Part shown: positions 38,266-50,100 of the stretch, one piece after another
How positions within the stretch are numbered: the first letter of the stretch is position 1
How the letters are laid out: each line of letters starts with the position of its first letter
Origin: Hydrurus foetidus
Taxonomy: Eukaryota
Reading direction: 5' to 3'
DNA length: 57,773 nucleotides
NCBI GenBank assembly: GCA_900617105.1
Contig: UYFQ01000497.1
Location: forward strand, 1 to 57,773
The notes under the pieces: generated by a model
The model's input: the letters and a program-made list of their open reading frames with translations, nothing else
Databases searched by the model: none
Told to the model about the DNA's origin: nothing
Translations under genes and position numbers: made by a program

Positions 38266-41200
38266 TTATATCTCCATGTTGTAGCGATCTCTTTGCAGAC
38301 GGAGTAGCTGCTGATCGTCTCTTTGTAAATTCTGTTGGTTTATGTTGTGAGGTAGCTGGTATCCCGGTATGTTTTGTATGCTGTTGTACTGTGCTGCAGA
38401 TTGTGACGGTTGATTCTGGTAGATATATTGATTGTCGTGGTATTGCTGTAATGTGTGAGAGTGTGATGGAGCAGGAGATTGTGTAGCAAAGGAGTGTTTC
38501 AACTCATGGGAATAGTCGTCAAGACCATGCCCTTCATACCCACTGCCCTGCATATGAGAGTGGTTCCTCTCTCGTTGATTAAGTTCTCCTATCAACGATG
38601 CCGCACCTAGTAGTTTATTATTTGTCGACGTCATATGGTTTCCATCTCTCGCACTCGGACTCGGACAGCTCGATCCCGATGCTGACGGCGGTAAAGTGAG
38701 AGGTGAGTGATTGTGGTGTAGAACTCCTTGCGAAAGGGCTCTAGCTGCCGTCTCGCTCGGTCTGAAAGAGTGATGTGCAGTTGCTTGCTCCATCCAGATT
38801 CTTGTTTTATAGATGGCAAATAGGTCTCGAACGAATTCACGAAAATCTATTCGCCTATAAGATTTGAGGAGTCGGAAATAAGGACAGAAAGTTAGAGAGG
38901 ACTGTCCTTTATATCAGCGATCATCTTACAGTTGCTAGTAGACAGTTTAGCTTACCGAGATGCTGAGTAGTAGAGAATCAGTTTATGTCTGTCGAACTGA
39001 TACTCGGCATCGACGAGGGACATCGGAAGACTGTACATCTCTCTCGCCCGTTCCCTGCAAACCTTATATTCGATCAAAGAAAATTGATTAGATATCCACG
39101 CTGGAAAAAATCAACATGAGGACATTTACAGAAAATACGAAGTCGTGGGCTGACCTCTAATAGGTCCATTTCCTCTTGGGCTTTTCTTGGTAGATCCATG
39201 CGCTCCTGATAACTCGCCATGCGGAGAATCTTCTTCAAGAACTCCGAATCGGGTCCCCTAATGTAATCAATAAGTGTAATATCAGAAATTATCGAACTGC
39301 GGATGTAATTGCGGTATGGATTAGGTGAGAGGCTTTTACCTCATGCTGGAGCTGCACGCGGCAAAGATGGTCGCCGCCAGCGGGGAGTCTCTCGGCGCCA
39401 TAGACACAACCACACCCAGATCTTCGCCTCGGTCCGCTTCAACAATGACGAAGTCACCAGGCTTGATGCCCTGTGGCGCTGACGAAGACAGGATAAGGCA
39501 ACGATGGCTGCGCTTGAACTGTACCTGTATATCGAGGTTCCACGATTAGAGATTGGAAAGGCGAATGCAATATCTATCCGTAAGATTCGAGTAGGCAAGA
39601 GGTCTCACCTGGTAAACGCAACCTTCGTAAGGTTGCTGACTGTGGTGATCGATGGGAGAGAATGGCAAAAAAGACTCAAGGTGTTGCTGAGTCTGTGAAT
39701 GCCGTTGAGAGTGTTTGTCGCTGGAACTCTGCTGAGAATGCGAGAACGCAGCTTGAGAATAGCCCGCACTTCCGCAACTGTAGCCGTACTCGCTGTTCAC
39801 AGGCGAGGCCACTCTGCTGTTACCGATGAAGGGGCTGCCGGGCAAACTATTGCCACTATGTGTGTGTTGCTGCCCTTGATAGTAGTCGCTTTGAGCCACA
39901 GGATGTGCAAATGCATTTGTAGTGATCGGTGATATGTTCGGCGGACCCCTTGCAGGTGAGAAATATGACGATAAACCTTGGGGAATCATTTGTCCCGACA
40001 TCTGAGGTGAGCGAGGAGGCAGTTGTTGTTGACTATGCAGGTGGTGCGTTTGAAGTTGAAGCTGCTGTGTTTGACTGAGCGGTGCTGTGGTGCTGACAGC
40101 TCTTAAGCTTTGTTGCATAGCATCCATTGCAAACATGTCCGTATTTAGTTGACGTCCGGCCGATATTTGGCGATTAGAAGGCTCATGAGGTGGATTGCTT
40201 GTATGCCCATGATAAAGTCCTGCAGGCCTCGTAAAACCCTCAAAGGGTGTTGCCTCTTCGGCCAGATTCAAACCCTTCAAATAATCTTTTCTCTGCGGTG
40301 TCCATGAGTCGATTTCTCCGTGCGGTCTACTCTGAATAGACTCGAACCCATACGAAGATTCTAGGCCATCGCCGTTTCCTTTTGAAGTTGTGGCGTGACC
40401 GATGGTGGAAGACAACGATGGAAACGTTGCAGGAGCAAAGGCCTGGAGTACAAGTAAAATTTGATTTGGTAAGCTACTGGAGACAGATTGCACTGTCTTT
40501 GTCTGTTCCGAAATAATGAGTGAATGACGAAAAATCATGTAATAATTGCTTCCTTATATTACCTCAGATTGCGATCTTGATTGATGTCGTTCCTGCAGTA
40601 ATGAGTCATAGATGCCACGGGCGTGAGGTGAAGAAAAGTTCATACCATTGTTAGAGAGAAGAACTTTTCCGGGAGACCCTTTCGGAGAGAAAGCAACTGA
40701 CGAGTGATCGCCATGGCTCAATCTTCGCTGAACTTGTGCAATACCAAGACCCACACTTGTCGATATCGAAGATTCGCCGAGTTCAGAGCGGCTATCTCTG
40801 ACCGGAAATGATAAATCCAATGGGCTGCTATGTGCAACTGCGACCGCATTGGGCGATGAGTCAGGGGGACGTTTATCAATGGTTTCTAAACCGAAGTAAT
40901 GGTTGGGAAGTTCCCTGCTCTCTGGGTTGTTCGCGAAGAAACGTGACGATTCAGGACTCTGTGGCGCCCACTTGTTTTCTGAGTCAATAGGGCTTTCGGT
41001 GCGTCTAGCAGACGTGACAATTGGCGGTAATGGAGATACTTGCAGTGGATCATGCATGTTAGATATGGAAAGTTGAAGAGGCTCGCGGTAGCTTCCGGAG
41101 TTGTCACTGTCAGTGCTCCCAGAAAAAACAAGATCATTTTGTGGGCTCCACAATCGGAGTTTCTCCGAATCAAAAGGCGTTTTCTTTGATTGAAGTGGGT

Positions 41201-41357
41201 TGGTCTTGTTACCATATGAATCGTTTGAATCCACTGGTAGAGATGATAGGAACGCTGAGGGTATGGATAGGAGGGATTCCCACCGCGATGGTTGTCTAAC
41301 ATCTGTAGTGTCAATGCTCAGGACGCTTGCGTCATTCTCAGTGCCGCCTGATTGCAT
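38266..41357 (-). CDS. PSP1 C-terminal domain protein (PSP1/YaaT family) with long Ser/Pro/Gln-rich disordered arms; about 6 exons
   Basis: Spliced exons read CVYQ|VQFKRSHR...GDFVIVEADRGEDLGVV, KKILRMA, LPMSLVDAEYQFDRHKLILYYSASR|RIDFREFVRDLFAIYKTRIWM. These are PSP1-family signature motifs. Confidence 0.9.
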
Positions 41358-43140
41358 TCTAGGGCCCTCCAGGCAGAGTGTGCGTTCACAAATATTAAGC
41401 GTGATTCAAATCTTGAGTTGAGTTTCAGTTGCTGCTGCTTCTTTCTTTTCACTGGGGCATTTTGCGGTATGAGAGATGGCTGATTGGCCCTAGGTAATTC
41501 GGATTGGGGAAGGTGGTTCAGGTGCGAAGTGTCATACTTCGGAAGCCCAGCAGGCTTGTTCTTCCATGGAGGAACGAATCACAGGAATCCTAATACGATT
41601 TTTGATTTTTGATATTTTGGGGAAGGGCACTGCAGAAGAAGTTGAGTTTCGTGTCGGAGGTGTACGTACAGGGAGGACGAAAAATTCCTGGGAAAAATTC
41701 AACTTTTCATTTTTCACTTTCGAAATTCGATCCAAGACACGCCAACACGCCAACCACTGATTACAAAATTTTGGGGACCTTTCTGTATTTTCATGACAGA
41801 ATTACTGGGTGGTGACGACAAGTAAGATATTGAAGGATGTAGAATGAAGACGTTCTCGTGGCTAGCCCTTCTCCCAATACCGACCGTGTGTGTATTCGCA
41901 TCACGACTATATGATGCACATGATAATGGCATATGAGAATTCAACGCTAGCATATGCTCAGCACCTCACACCTGCACGACGTAGTATTAACACCGCTGGA
42001 AAAGCTTTTTGGCACTCCTCATCAGTCATATTTCGTATCAGTATTCAGTTGGATTACTTCTTCTTAGACCGTTCCTCACTTCATCCCAAAACGATGTCTC
42101 GGTAGTGTTCTGTGACATTAATTTTTCATTTGGCATTCAGCTTGCGCATCTAAAAATCGTGCTTTTGATTTTTCTGAGTCTACTTTCCTACGATTTTATT
42201 TTTGAATTTTGGGAATTGAGTATCTTTTGAACGATACTCAACTCACAGGATAGAATGATGCGTTGCATAATTTGAATGAACACCGGCTATCTAACACGTT
42301 CTGGGTTCCTTTTCTAATTATAGATCAGCATTCTCAAGAGGGGATATTCCACCTCTTGAAGTCGTTCCATTTGTGTCCTGTCGATCTTCTCCATGTTTTG
42401 ATAATTCGACTGTCAGAAAGTGCCGTACCTGCTGCGCCTCTACGTGTTTTTTCACGACTAGTACACACACTTCTAACGAGTTTAGATGTTGCCGGGAATG
42501 AACACACTACAAAATTAAAAATGAGAAACTTTCCAGTGAAATTTCGCAAATGGTATCCACGGACCTTTGGTATCAGAAAGATCAAAAACGACGACACCTG
42601 AACTTCTAGGTACCTTTAATTTGTACTGCTGCGGCCACTGATTGCACAGTAGTTAATTGTATAGACGATGATGGATAGTAACTTAAAAGCAGAGACATTT
42701 CAAGCCACGTGAGCCAGTCAGATGTGATCTTTCCATGATAGAAAAAAACGGATTCATAGCGGACAATGGAGCGATCTGGCTAATTAAATTGAAAATTTCT
42801 GAAACCACGTGTATATCGACTAGGAAGCTTTCTGATGTCGGTCAGTTCGGACACTGTGTCACTCGCCAATTACACTCCAGAGTAAATATTGCAAAGAATA
42901 CTGATCCACGAATTGAAAAATAGCCACTGAATGTGCGTGAGAGCTGAGTAAAGGCAGTAAGAACTGACGGTCATAATCTAAGTACTCGTCAGAAGACTCC
43001 TCCTTGAATTTGTTAGCATGCGCGACACTAGTCTCTAGGCCGTTTCTACGCGATTCCAGTCAGTGGTAGATGACATCAGCCACAGCGCAACACATCCTCA
43101 TGAGCGCTGATCGGAATCTATCGGAAGTAAAGTGTTGAAT

Positions 43141-43929
43141 TCACGGCACTGATGCAGGTGCGACACAGGTGCCAGAATTAGGATTTATGTCAACATTCTC
43201 TTTCCATGTGGAGCTTCCCTCCTGATAGTTCTCCTGCAGGTGGACAAGAAAATGTGTGCTCTATAGTTAGTCCAGCAAAAAATGTGTAGTTATAAGATGT
43301 CCGCACCAAATAAAATCGTGGCATGGAGCAATTCGAAGCGATGTGTACCTTTTTCCAGATTGGAACTGTGCGTTTCAGCTCATTTATTGCGAACTCCACG
43401 GAATGCAATGATTCGGTTCTGTGGGGTGATGATACCGCAATTAAGACACTTACTTCTGAGATGGGGCAATCTCCCAGTTTGTGCTGGATTACAATGCGAG
43501 TGACATCCCATTGGTCTCTTATCTACTAATTGCATGATGACGATTACAACATTCGTTAGTAAAGCTGTAGGCAAACAGTGGCATAAAAGTGAGTTACATC
43601 AGCACACTTCTGCACCTTGACGCAGATTTCTCGTAAGCAAGTGATCGCCATCTCTGAGTAGCTCTCATAACTGAGAGATATTACTTCTTTCCCCTCGAAA
43701 GTATCTCTAGTAGTTCCGAGGAAAGTGCTTACAGCTCCAGCGCTGAAAAAAAAAACGTTCGTCAGCTGGTTTTCTTGCTTGATTGGGTTATACGCTACTC
43801 AACGGAGTGAAGAAACATCTGGTCATGGTAGAACCTTGGGCTTCGAGCTAGATTTATCCCTGCCGCGATGTCAATAGGATCATTAGTCAGCATGACTGAG
43901 TCTCCATTGCAAGGATCCGCCCACTCCAT
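43141..43929 (-). CDS. MOCS2B: Molybdopterin synthase catalytic (large) subunit MoaE/MOCS2B; 4 exons, largely missed by the ORF track
   Basis: Hand-spliced translation: [145 protein letters not shown]...SVP*. Confidence 0.93.
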
Positions 43930-44007
43930 CGGTCAAGACGAGAATCACACTTCCTATAATTGCTATGAATGATCAGTGATCGATTACAGACTGAGAGCTA
44001 CATATTA

Positions 44008-44221
44008 CCGTAGCAGAATAAAATGTCTGCTTTTCGTGCCGAAAACTCAAACACCTCGGGTCACGTCCAAATCACCCCACACCATACTAAAAAAGCAAAA
44101 AATCTGGGGAACCTTCCTCTTTTTGATTTTTAGTATGGTGTGGGCTCCGTTTTTGACCATGCCACACACACGTTTGAGTTGGATTTTGGGCATGAAAAGC
44201 AGACATTTTATTCTGCTACGG
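44008..44221. mobile_element. Tc1/mariner(pogo)-type MITE, ~214 bp, TA target-site duplication
   Basis: Perfect 28-bp TIRs CCGTAGCAGAATAAAATGTCTGCTTTTC / GAAAAGCAGACATTTTATTCTGCTACGG with TA on both sides. An inner inverted pair CCCACACCATACTAAAAA / TTTTTAGTATGGTGTGGG is also present. Confidence 0.85.
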
Positions 44222-44498
44222 TAATACAGCATACAGCTTCTACATGTTGGATATATCTGAGTTTCCCAAAAAAATTCCACTAAGGCCCTTCCTAGTGGAG
44301 TACAAATTACAAAATACAAAATTTGAAAATTTTTGAACTTTTATTTTTGTACTTTGTACCTCTACGGTTGTAGTGGTTGACAAAATACGAAAGCTCTGTT
44401 TTGTATCTTTTTTAAACCTCACGTTTGTAGTGGATGTCATTTTACAAAACACAAATTTCAACCTCCAAATTTTTTTGCCACCACCTCAATTCTGCAAG

Positions 44499-45059
44499 AT
44501 GGTCAAAAACAAGGTTATGCAAGCCAAATCCAAGTCCGTGAAGAAACTTCTCGAGAAACTCAAAGCTCCCCAGTTGAAGGCGTTGCAGTATCTTCTTGCT
44601 GCAAATGCCTATGTCTCAATTATTGAGGGATCTGCTCGGAGAAAGAAGACGCAGAAAGAAGACATGGAAATGTGAGTTGTTTAAACTCTGATTATAGCAT
44701 TTTAACCTCTCAAGAACTCATCAATTTGATTGTCACTTGATAGATTATACCATGGTGATGGCGGCGACCAGCTTGGTCAAGTCAACCAACTGTTGAATAG
44801 GAATAATCGCTATAAAGTCTTATGGGACGGAGATAAATTTGGTTCTGGGTTTGGGATTTTGAGCGGTGTTAAAAGATTCCGTCAAGGAAATCATCAATAT
44901 GCCGACCACTTGAGTTCATATGCAGAAACACTTGAGTTCATTCTGGGATCTAATGGAGAACCTGTACCTGAACCAGTGTATCAATCCTCCATTCCAATGC
45001 ATCAGCCTACCATTGTGCCATCAGCATCTATTCACCTTTTCAGTCTCTACCATCTCTAA
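44499..45059 (+). CDS. Putative second (partner) gene of the Harbinger element, 2 exons (44499-44671, ~44744-45059); function unknown, 3' end probably decayed
   Basis: MVKNKVMQAKSKSVKKLLEKLK... has a GTGAGT donor at 44672. Splicing to the gatag acceptor joins in frame to LYHGDGGDQLGQV...YKVLWDGDKF. PIF/Harbinger elements normally carry a second gene. Confidence 0.5.
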
Positions 45060-45240
45060 AAGTTGGCGAAAAGCTTCGTAAAGCGAAATAGTAGTTGCAG
45101 CTAGGCCAGCTGAACGCACTAGAAAACAAACCGTCATTGGCAGCAGCGGAAGCAGCAGCAGCAGAATGAGCATCGGGAGCAGCGGGAGCAAAAGGGACAG
45201 CAACCAAGAGAAATCCAGTAGTAGCAGCAGTAGCAGTAGC

Positions 45241-45281
<41 letters not shown>

Positions 45282-45607
45282 AGGAAGGCAAGAGGTTAGT
45301 GAAAAAGAGAACTACTCATAGTGTTTAATTGATTTATAACTTGCATTGTTACAATTGGTTTTTGTATTGTGTACTCCACTACGATCGAGAGGTACAAAAA
45401 TCAGGATACAAAAAAGGAAAAATAAATATGCTTCGAAAGTATGAGAATATAAGTTGAAACTTGTTAATATAATTATGTGAATAGATTTAACGATAAATAA
45501 AGTTTAAAATTTTGTATGTTTATTTTGTACTCCACTACAATCGAACGGATACAAAATAAGAATGAATAAATACAATACATGATAGACAAGGACTTAAAAA
45601 CATTAAC

Positions 45608-46594
45608 CTAGAGCCATTTGACGGAAGATGAATCTTTGGAAGGGCATATCAGTGAGGTCCACGATGGATACCCTCCATCAACAAGAATCCAGGCACCTTT
45701 GTAGTTCTCCTCTATACCCCTTTCATTATACAGAGAGAACACATTGTCAGCAAGATAATTACTTCTCTGAATGTCGGTAATGAAGTCATCAAATCGGACT
45801 GTAGTAGTATCGTTCCATCGTCCCGGGAAGCCAACAGTTGTTGCAAGTATCTGCCGGCGGTGATTGACAACAAGTTGATATGCACGAGTTATATGAGAAT
45901 CCTTTCCCCCAAGATTCTGATTCTTTAAGCGCGCATAGCACTTCTCCATTATAATGTGAGTAACATCTGCAGACCCAATACATCCATCGAATGCCGCCGC
46001 CTTAAACTCTGACATATGATCTCTGATTTCTTCTTCAGTTTCTGATCGTTTCACCTACATGGGATAGGGAAACTCCCTGCAAGCTTTGACAAACAAATTG
46101 AAGAAAACGCGATGTGACTCCTCAGATACCCCTGTAGCCTCGGCGATATCGTCAAAAGTCCACCCTCTTCCTAGATAGCGCAAAGCACCCAGAATGAATA
46201 AATCCAATGGAATCCCAGGTTGGTGACATGCATTCCGCCGTTCGTAAGTGGGAAACCATTTCTGCTCTCTCGCCAGTTTCACTAGACCTTGAAACTTGGC
46301 GTCGGGCATCCTGAATCGTCGCCTGAACTGGGCGTATTGACTTTTATTTTTGAACCAACCGACTCCAGATACATATCTTCGGTACCATTCCGACTTCACA
46401 GCTTGAAATGGATCATACCCTTGATAGTTCCTTGCAGCATATGGTCTTTTTTCTTTAACAACTTCTTGTTTCTGCTCTTCTTCACCCTCCTCATCCTCCT
46501 CGTCATCATTTCTATCTCGTTTCCTTCTATACGCAGCCCATTTATCAAATACGACGATTCCTTCATCATCAAAGATACTAGTGAACCTCTCCAT
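45608..46594 (-). pseudogene. PIF/Harbinger (HARBI1/DDE_Tnp_4-like) transposase pseudogene
   Basis: Motifs FRRRFRM; HTH region ALRYLGRGWTFDDIAEATGVSEE; GCIGSADVTHI; PGRWND; ILVDGGY. An in-frame TAG at 46055-46057 splits the ORF. It ends at TAG 45608 before the expected third catalytic Glu (R..VE..FG motif). Confidence 0.85.
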
Positions 46595-47158
46595 CTCAAA
46601 TCAACTTTCAGATGTTGAATTGATGTTGATTAGGAGGAGCTGTTAGTAATATAAATATTATTTTTCTAATTATGTACCTGTACAATCGAGGTACAAAAAA
46701 GCTCAAGAATTTTGTCACAAGGGGCCTGTTTTGTACCTCGACAAAACAGGAAATTTACTTTTTTTTTAATTTTTTGTTTTTTGTACTCCACTACAATCAA
46801 GAATACAAGTAAGAGGTACAAAACAGGAATTTTGTATTTTGTATTTTGTACTCCACTGGGACCGACCTTAATAGGGCCTAAGTACACTTATGCATTCGTA
46901 CAGCGGCGTACGGATTAATTTGTGTGTGTGTGTGTGATACGAAGATGTATGGACCTGAAAAGTCGCCATACTTCAACAGTAGTGTAAGGTTTGAATTTGT
47001 CATGGCATCGAAAGAGACTCAGGGCTTCAGCAGGGATGAAGCACAGTCGAATTAACAAGTGATTATCGATACCCTAAATCCCATTTCACGAGTCTTGGCA
47101 AGTGAGCCAGTGTTCTGAAGGTCCACGTTCCACCCCGGAATCAAAAGGTTCTCCAACA

Positions 47159-47170
47159 TAATTCGACTGT
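47159..47170 (+). promoter_or_regulatory. Putative self-priming primer-binding site of the copia element
   Basis: TAATTCGACTGT directly follows the terminal CA of the LTR. It is the exact reverse complement of ACAGTCGAATTA at 47043-47054 inside the LTR. It does not start with the TGG expected of a PBS for a tRNA 3' end. Confidence 0.7.
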
Positions 47171-47182
47171 CGAGGCATTGAC

Positions 47183-50100
47183 ATGCCACCTAAACGCGCC
47201 GTTGAAGGTGTAAAAAGCACAGAGGAATGCATCCTTCAAATCGGAAAATTTAATAACATCATAAAATGGCGCGAAAGCATGCAAACGATAGTCACAGAAC
47301 TATACGGCATAGTCGGGATATTCTTCACCACGGATGTGAGGTACGAACTCCCGCGCACCGCAATCAAATATCCCGAAGCATCCGCATCGGAAGACTCGAC
47401 ATCAGAATCGGAAGACGAACCCGAAGTCGAAGGCGAGGCCGCCAGACCGTTAGTACCGCCAGAAGTACGTGCCGCGTACGCGGCGGGCAAAGCAGCGAGA
47501 GACGCCGCACGAGAAATCCGAAACGAGCGACGCCGCCGTAGCAACGACAGATCGAGAGCAAAGTATCGGGAGGATGAATACCTCCAGAGAAAACGTGACC
47601 TCAAGGCACAGAAGGAAAACGAGCGTACCATCTTCCCTATGATGTGGAAGCGTATGTCAACGGACTCCCAGAGTCGCGTCAAGGAAGAGGACGGGTATCG
47701 CACCGCTTACCTCACACTGGACTGTGTCCTGCTATGGACGCTCATCAGAAGAACACACCTCACCCACATGTTCGGCGACACGGACCCGATGAAGGAGATC
47801 AATCAGCACGAACAGGAGAGTAAGTACGGGATGATGAGGCAGGGCGAGAGAGAGTTAATCACGACCTTCAAGGCGAGATTCGATGAGCAAGTCCTAGCGA
47901 ACGATGCAGTTGGAGTCGCCAAGATCACCGACACCCTGCGTGCACTTGACTTCATCGGGAAGCTCGATCCAAAACGATACAGACGGATGATGGTCGAGAT
48001 GAGGAACGACGCACTCAGACAGAGACCGGATGCTTATCCCAAATCCCTGGCCGCCGCCTTCAGGATCGCCTCCCAGTGGCGCAGTGACGGCAGTTCAGCA
48101 ACCGTACAATTACCCCTAGGGGCGTCGGCATTCGTCACGGAGGAAGTCCACGTCACCGCATCAAAGGATACCGAGAAGAGAGCCGGGAAGACCGGAGGGG
48201 TCAGAAAGAAGTCACCAGCAGATGTCGACTGCTACGCCTGTGAAGGAAAGGGACACTACGCGAGGAATTGCCCCAACAAGAAACCGTCATCAGAGAAAGT
48301 CCACGTATCGAAGGCTGAACCTGACAGTGACGACGAGAGCGAGAGAGACGATTGGGGAGTTGCACTCGTCACGGCAAGAGAGAAATGTCTGTTTTCACAA
48401 TACGACGTACTGTTAGACAACGAAGCGTCGTTGAACATCTTCAGCAACAAAGAGCTACTCACTGGAATCAGACGATCAGAGAGGACGATCAAAGTAAGCG
48501 GGATACAATCTGGAGATGGAGTGACTGTGGATCGCGAAGGCGAGTTCGGCGAGTTCGGAACTGTTTTCTACAGTGGAGAAGCTTCAGCTAACATTCTATC
48601 ATTCGCCTCTCAGGTAGATGCTGGAGCGAGCATCAGATATGACTACGTGAGCGACTGCTTCACCCTACGTCCTAAGGGGAGCAACAATGTTTATCGATTC
48701 GGGAGGAAAACAGTTCCCGGTAGCGAAGGAAGATTTTATTCTTGCGATTGGAGGAATGTTGAAGCCGAGTCAGCGATGGTCGCCACGGTAGAACAGAACT
48801 CGCGAGCCTTCACAAGACGCGAGATAGACAGGGCGAGGTCTGCACGAGAACTCATGGCCCGGATGGGATTCCCTTCGGAGGTAACGGCGGTGTCGATAGT
48901 AAACTCAGGGAGCAACTTCGATATATCAGCGCGAGACTTCCAAGTCGCCGAATCGATTTGGGGCAGGGACTTGGCATCAATCAAAGGGAAAACAACTAAA
49001 CGAGCAACTGCAGCTGCTGATATAACGATCAAATCCAAAATCGTCCAAAAGGATCAGGTGCTCTCTATCGACATTATGTTTATAGACAAAATTGCTATAC
49101 TAATCGGTGTAGCTACTCCTCTAGGACTATCTATGGCTTATAGCCTCAATAACTTGGTGCTCAAGAAGTCCAGCCGAGCAACAGAGCATGTGAGAAAAGG
49201 AATAGCACACTTCTTGGGCGTGCTGGGATCACAAGGTTTTAAAACATCTGTGATAATGAGCGATGGAGAGGGTGCTGTGGTCGCGCTTGTGGACGAGCTA
49301 GGGAAACTCGGAGTGGACGTCGATATCAGCGGTGCTGGTGGCCACGTAGCGAGAATAGAAAGAAAAATTAGACTCATCAAGGAGAGAGTGAGATCCTACT
49401 CAGCGTACCATTTACCTTTTATATTATCGAGTGTGGGCATAGTTATGTGTGTACTGTACGTAGTGTCACGGTTGAATTATGAACCGTACGGTGAGCGAGA
49501 GTACGGACCGAGTCCGAGAGAAGCCTTCATCGGTAGGAAGCCCGACGGAAAACGAGACTTTAGATGTTCCTTTGGAGATTATGTTCAGTGTACAGTACCT
49601 AAAACAGACTCTACTCTCAAATCCCGCACCGAAGATTGCGTTGTTATGTTGCCTCTCGGGAATCGTACGGGAACAGTGAGAATGCTGTCACTAGCGACAG
49701 GGAAGTTAGTCAACCGAAACCAATTCATCATACTCCCTATGCCAGAGTCAGTAATCAAGAGAATGAATGCACTAGCGCTAGCGGATGGTAGAGTGAAAGG
49801 GAAGAGCGACCTAGAGAAAACCGACAGTACATCCGAACAGATCAGCGACATCGCAGATGAACTGCCTGAGACGATGGAGACGATTGTCAACGAGGGAGTG
49901 GACCCATCAACTGACCTGCATGACATGAACTACAGCCCTGAGCTAATATACGAAGAGTCAGTCGAGCAAGTGGAAGCAGCTCATCTGGATGAGAAACACG
50001 AAGAGGAAACGGTATATGCTGACGACATGATACCAACAGTGATACCAGGAGAGAGATTGCGAGTGGAGCCTAGAGTGGTGAGCATGGATGACATGATGAG

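Larger units (their letters stand above)
44284..46878. mobile_element. PIF/Harbinger-type DNA transposon (decayed), nested in the copia 5' LTR
   Basis: Ends GGCCCT...AGGGCC are flanked by TAA on both sides (44281-44283, 46879-46881). The TIR core AGTGGAGTACAAA(T/A)TACAAAATACAAAATT is present at both ends. The element carries a DDE transposase remnant and a second, convergent ORF. Confidence 0.85.

Noticed and set aside
46055..46057. In-frame TAG in the transposase as possible readthrough or alternative genetic code
   Set aside because: TAG is a normal stop in prfB, the kinase and Gag-Pol here. The transposase is also truncated downstream, so this is simple decay.
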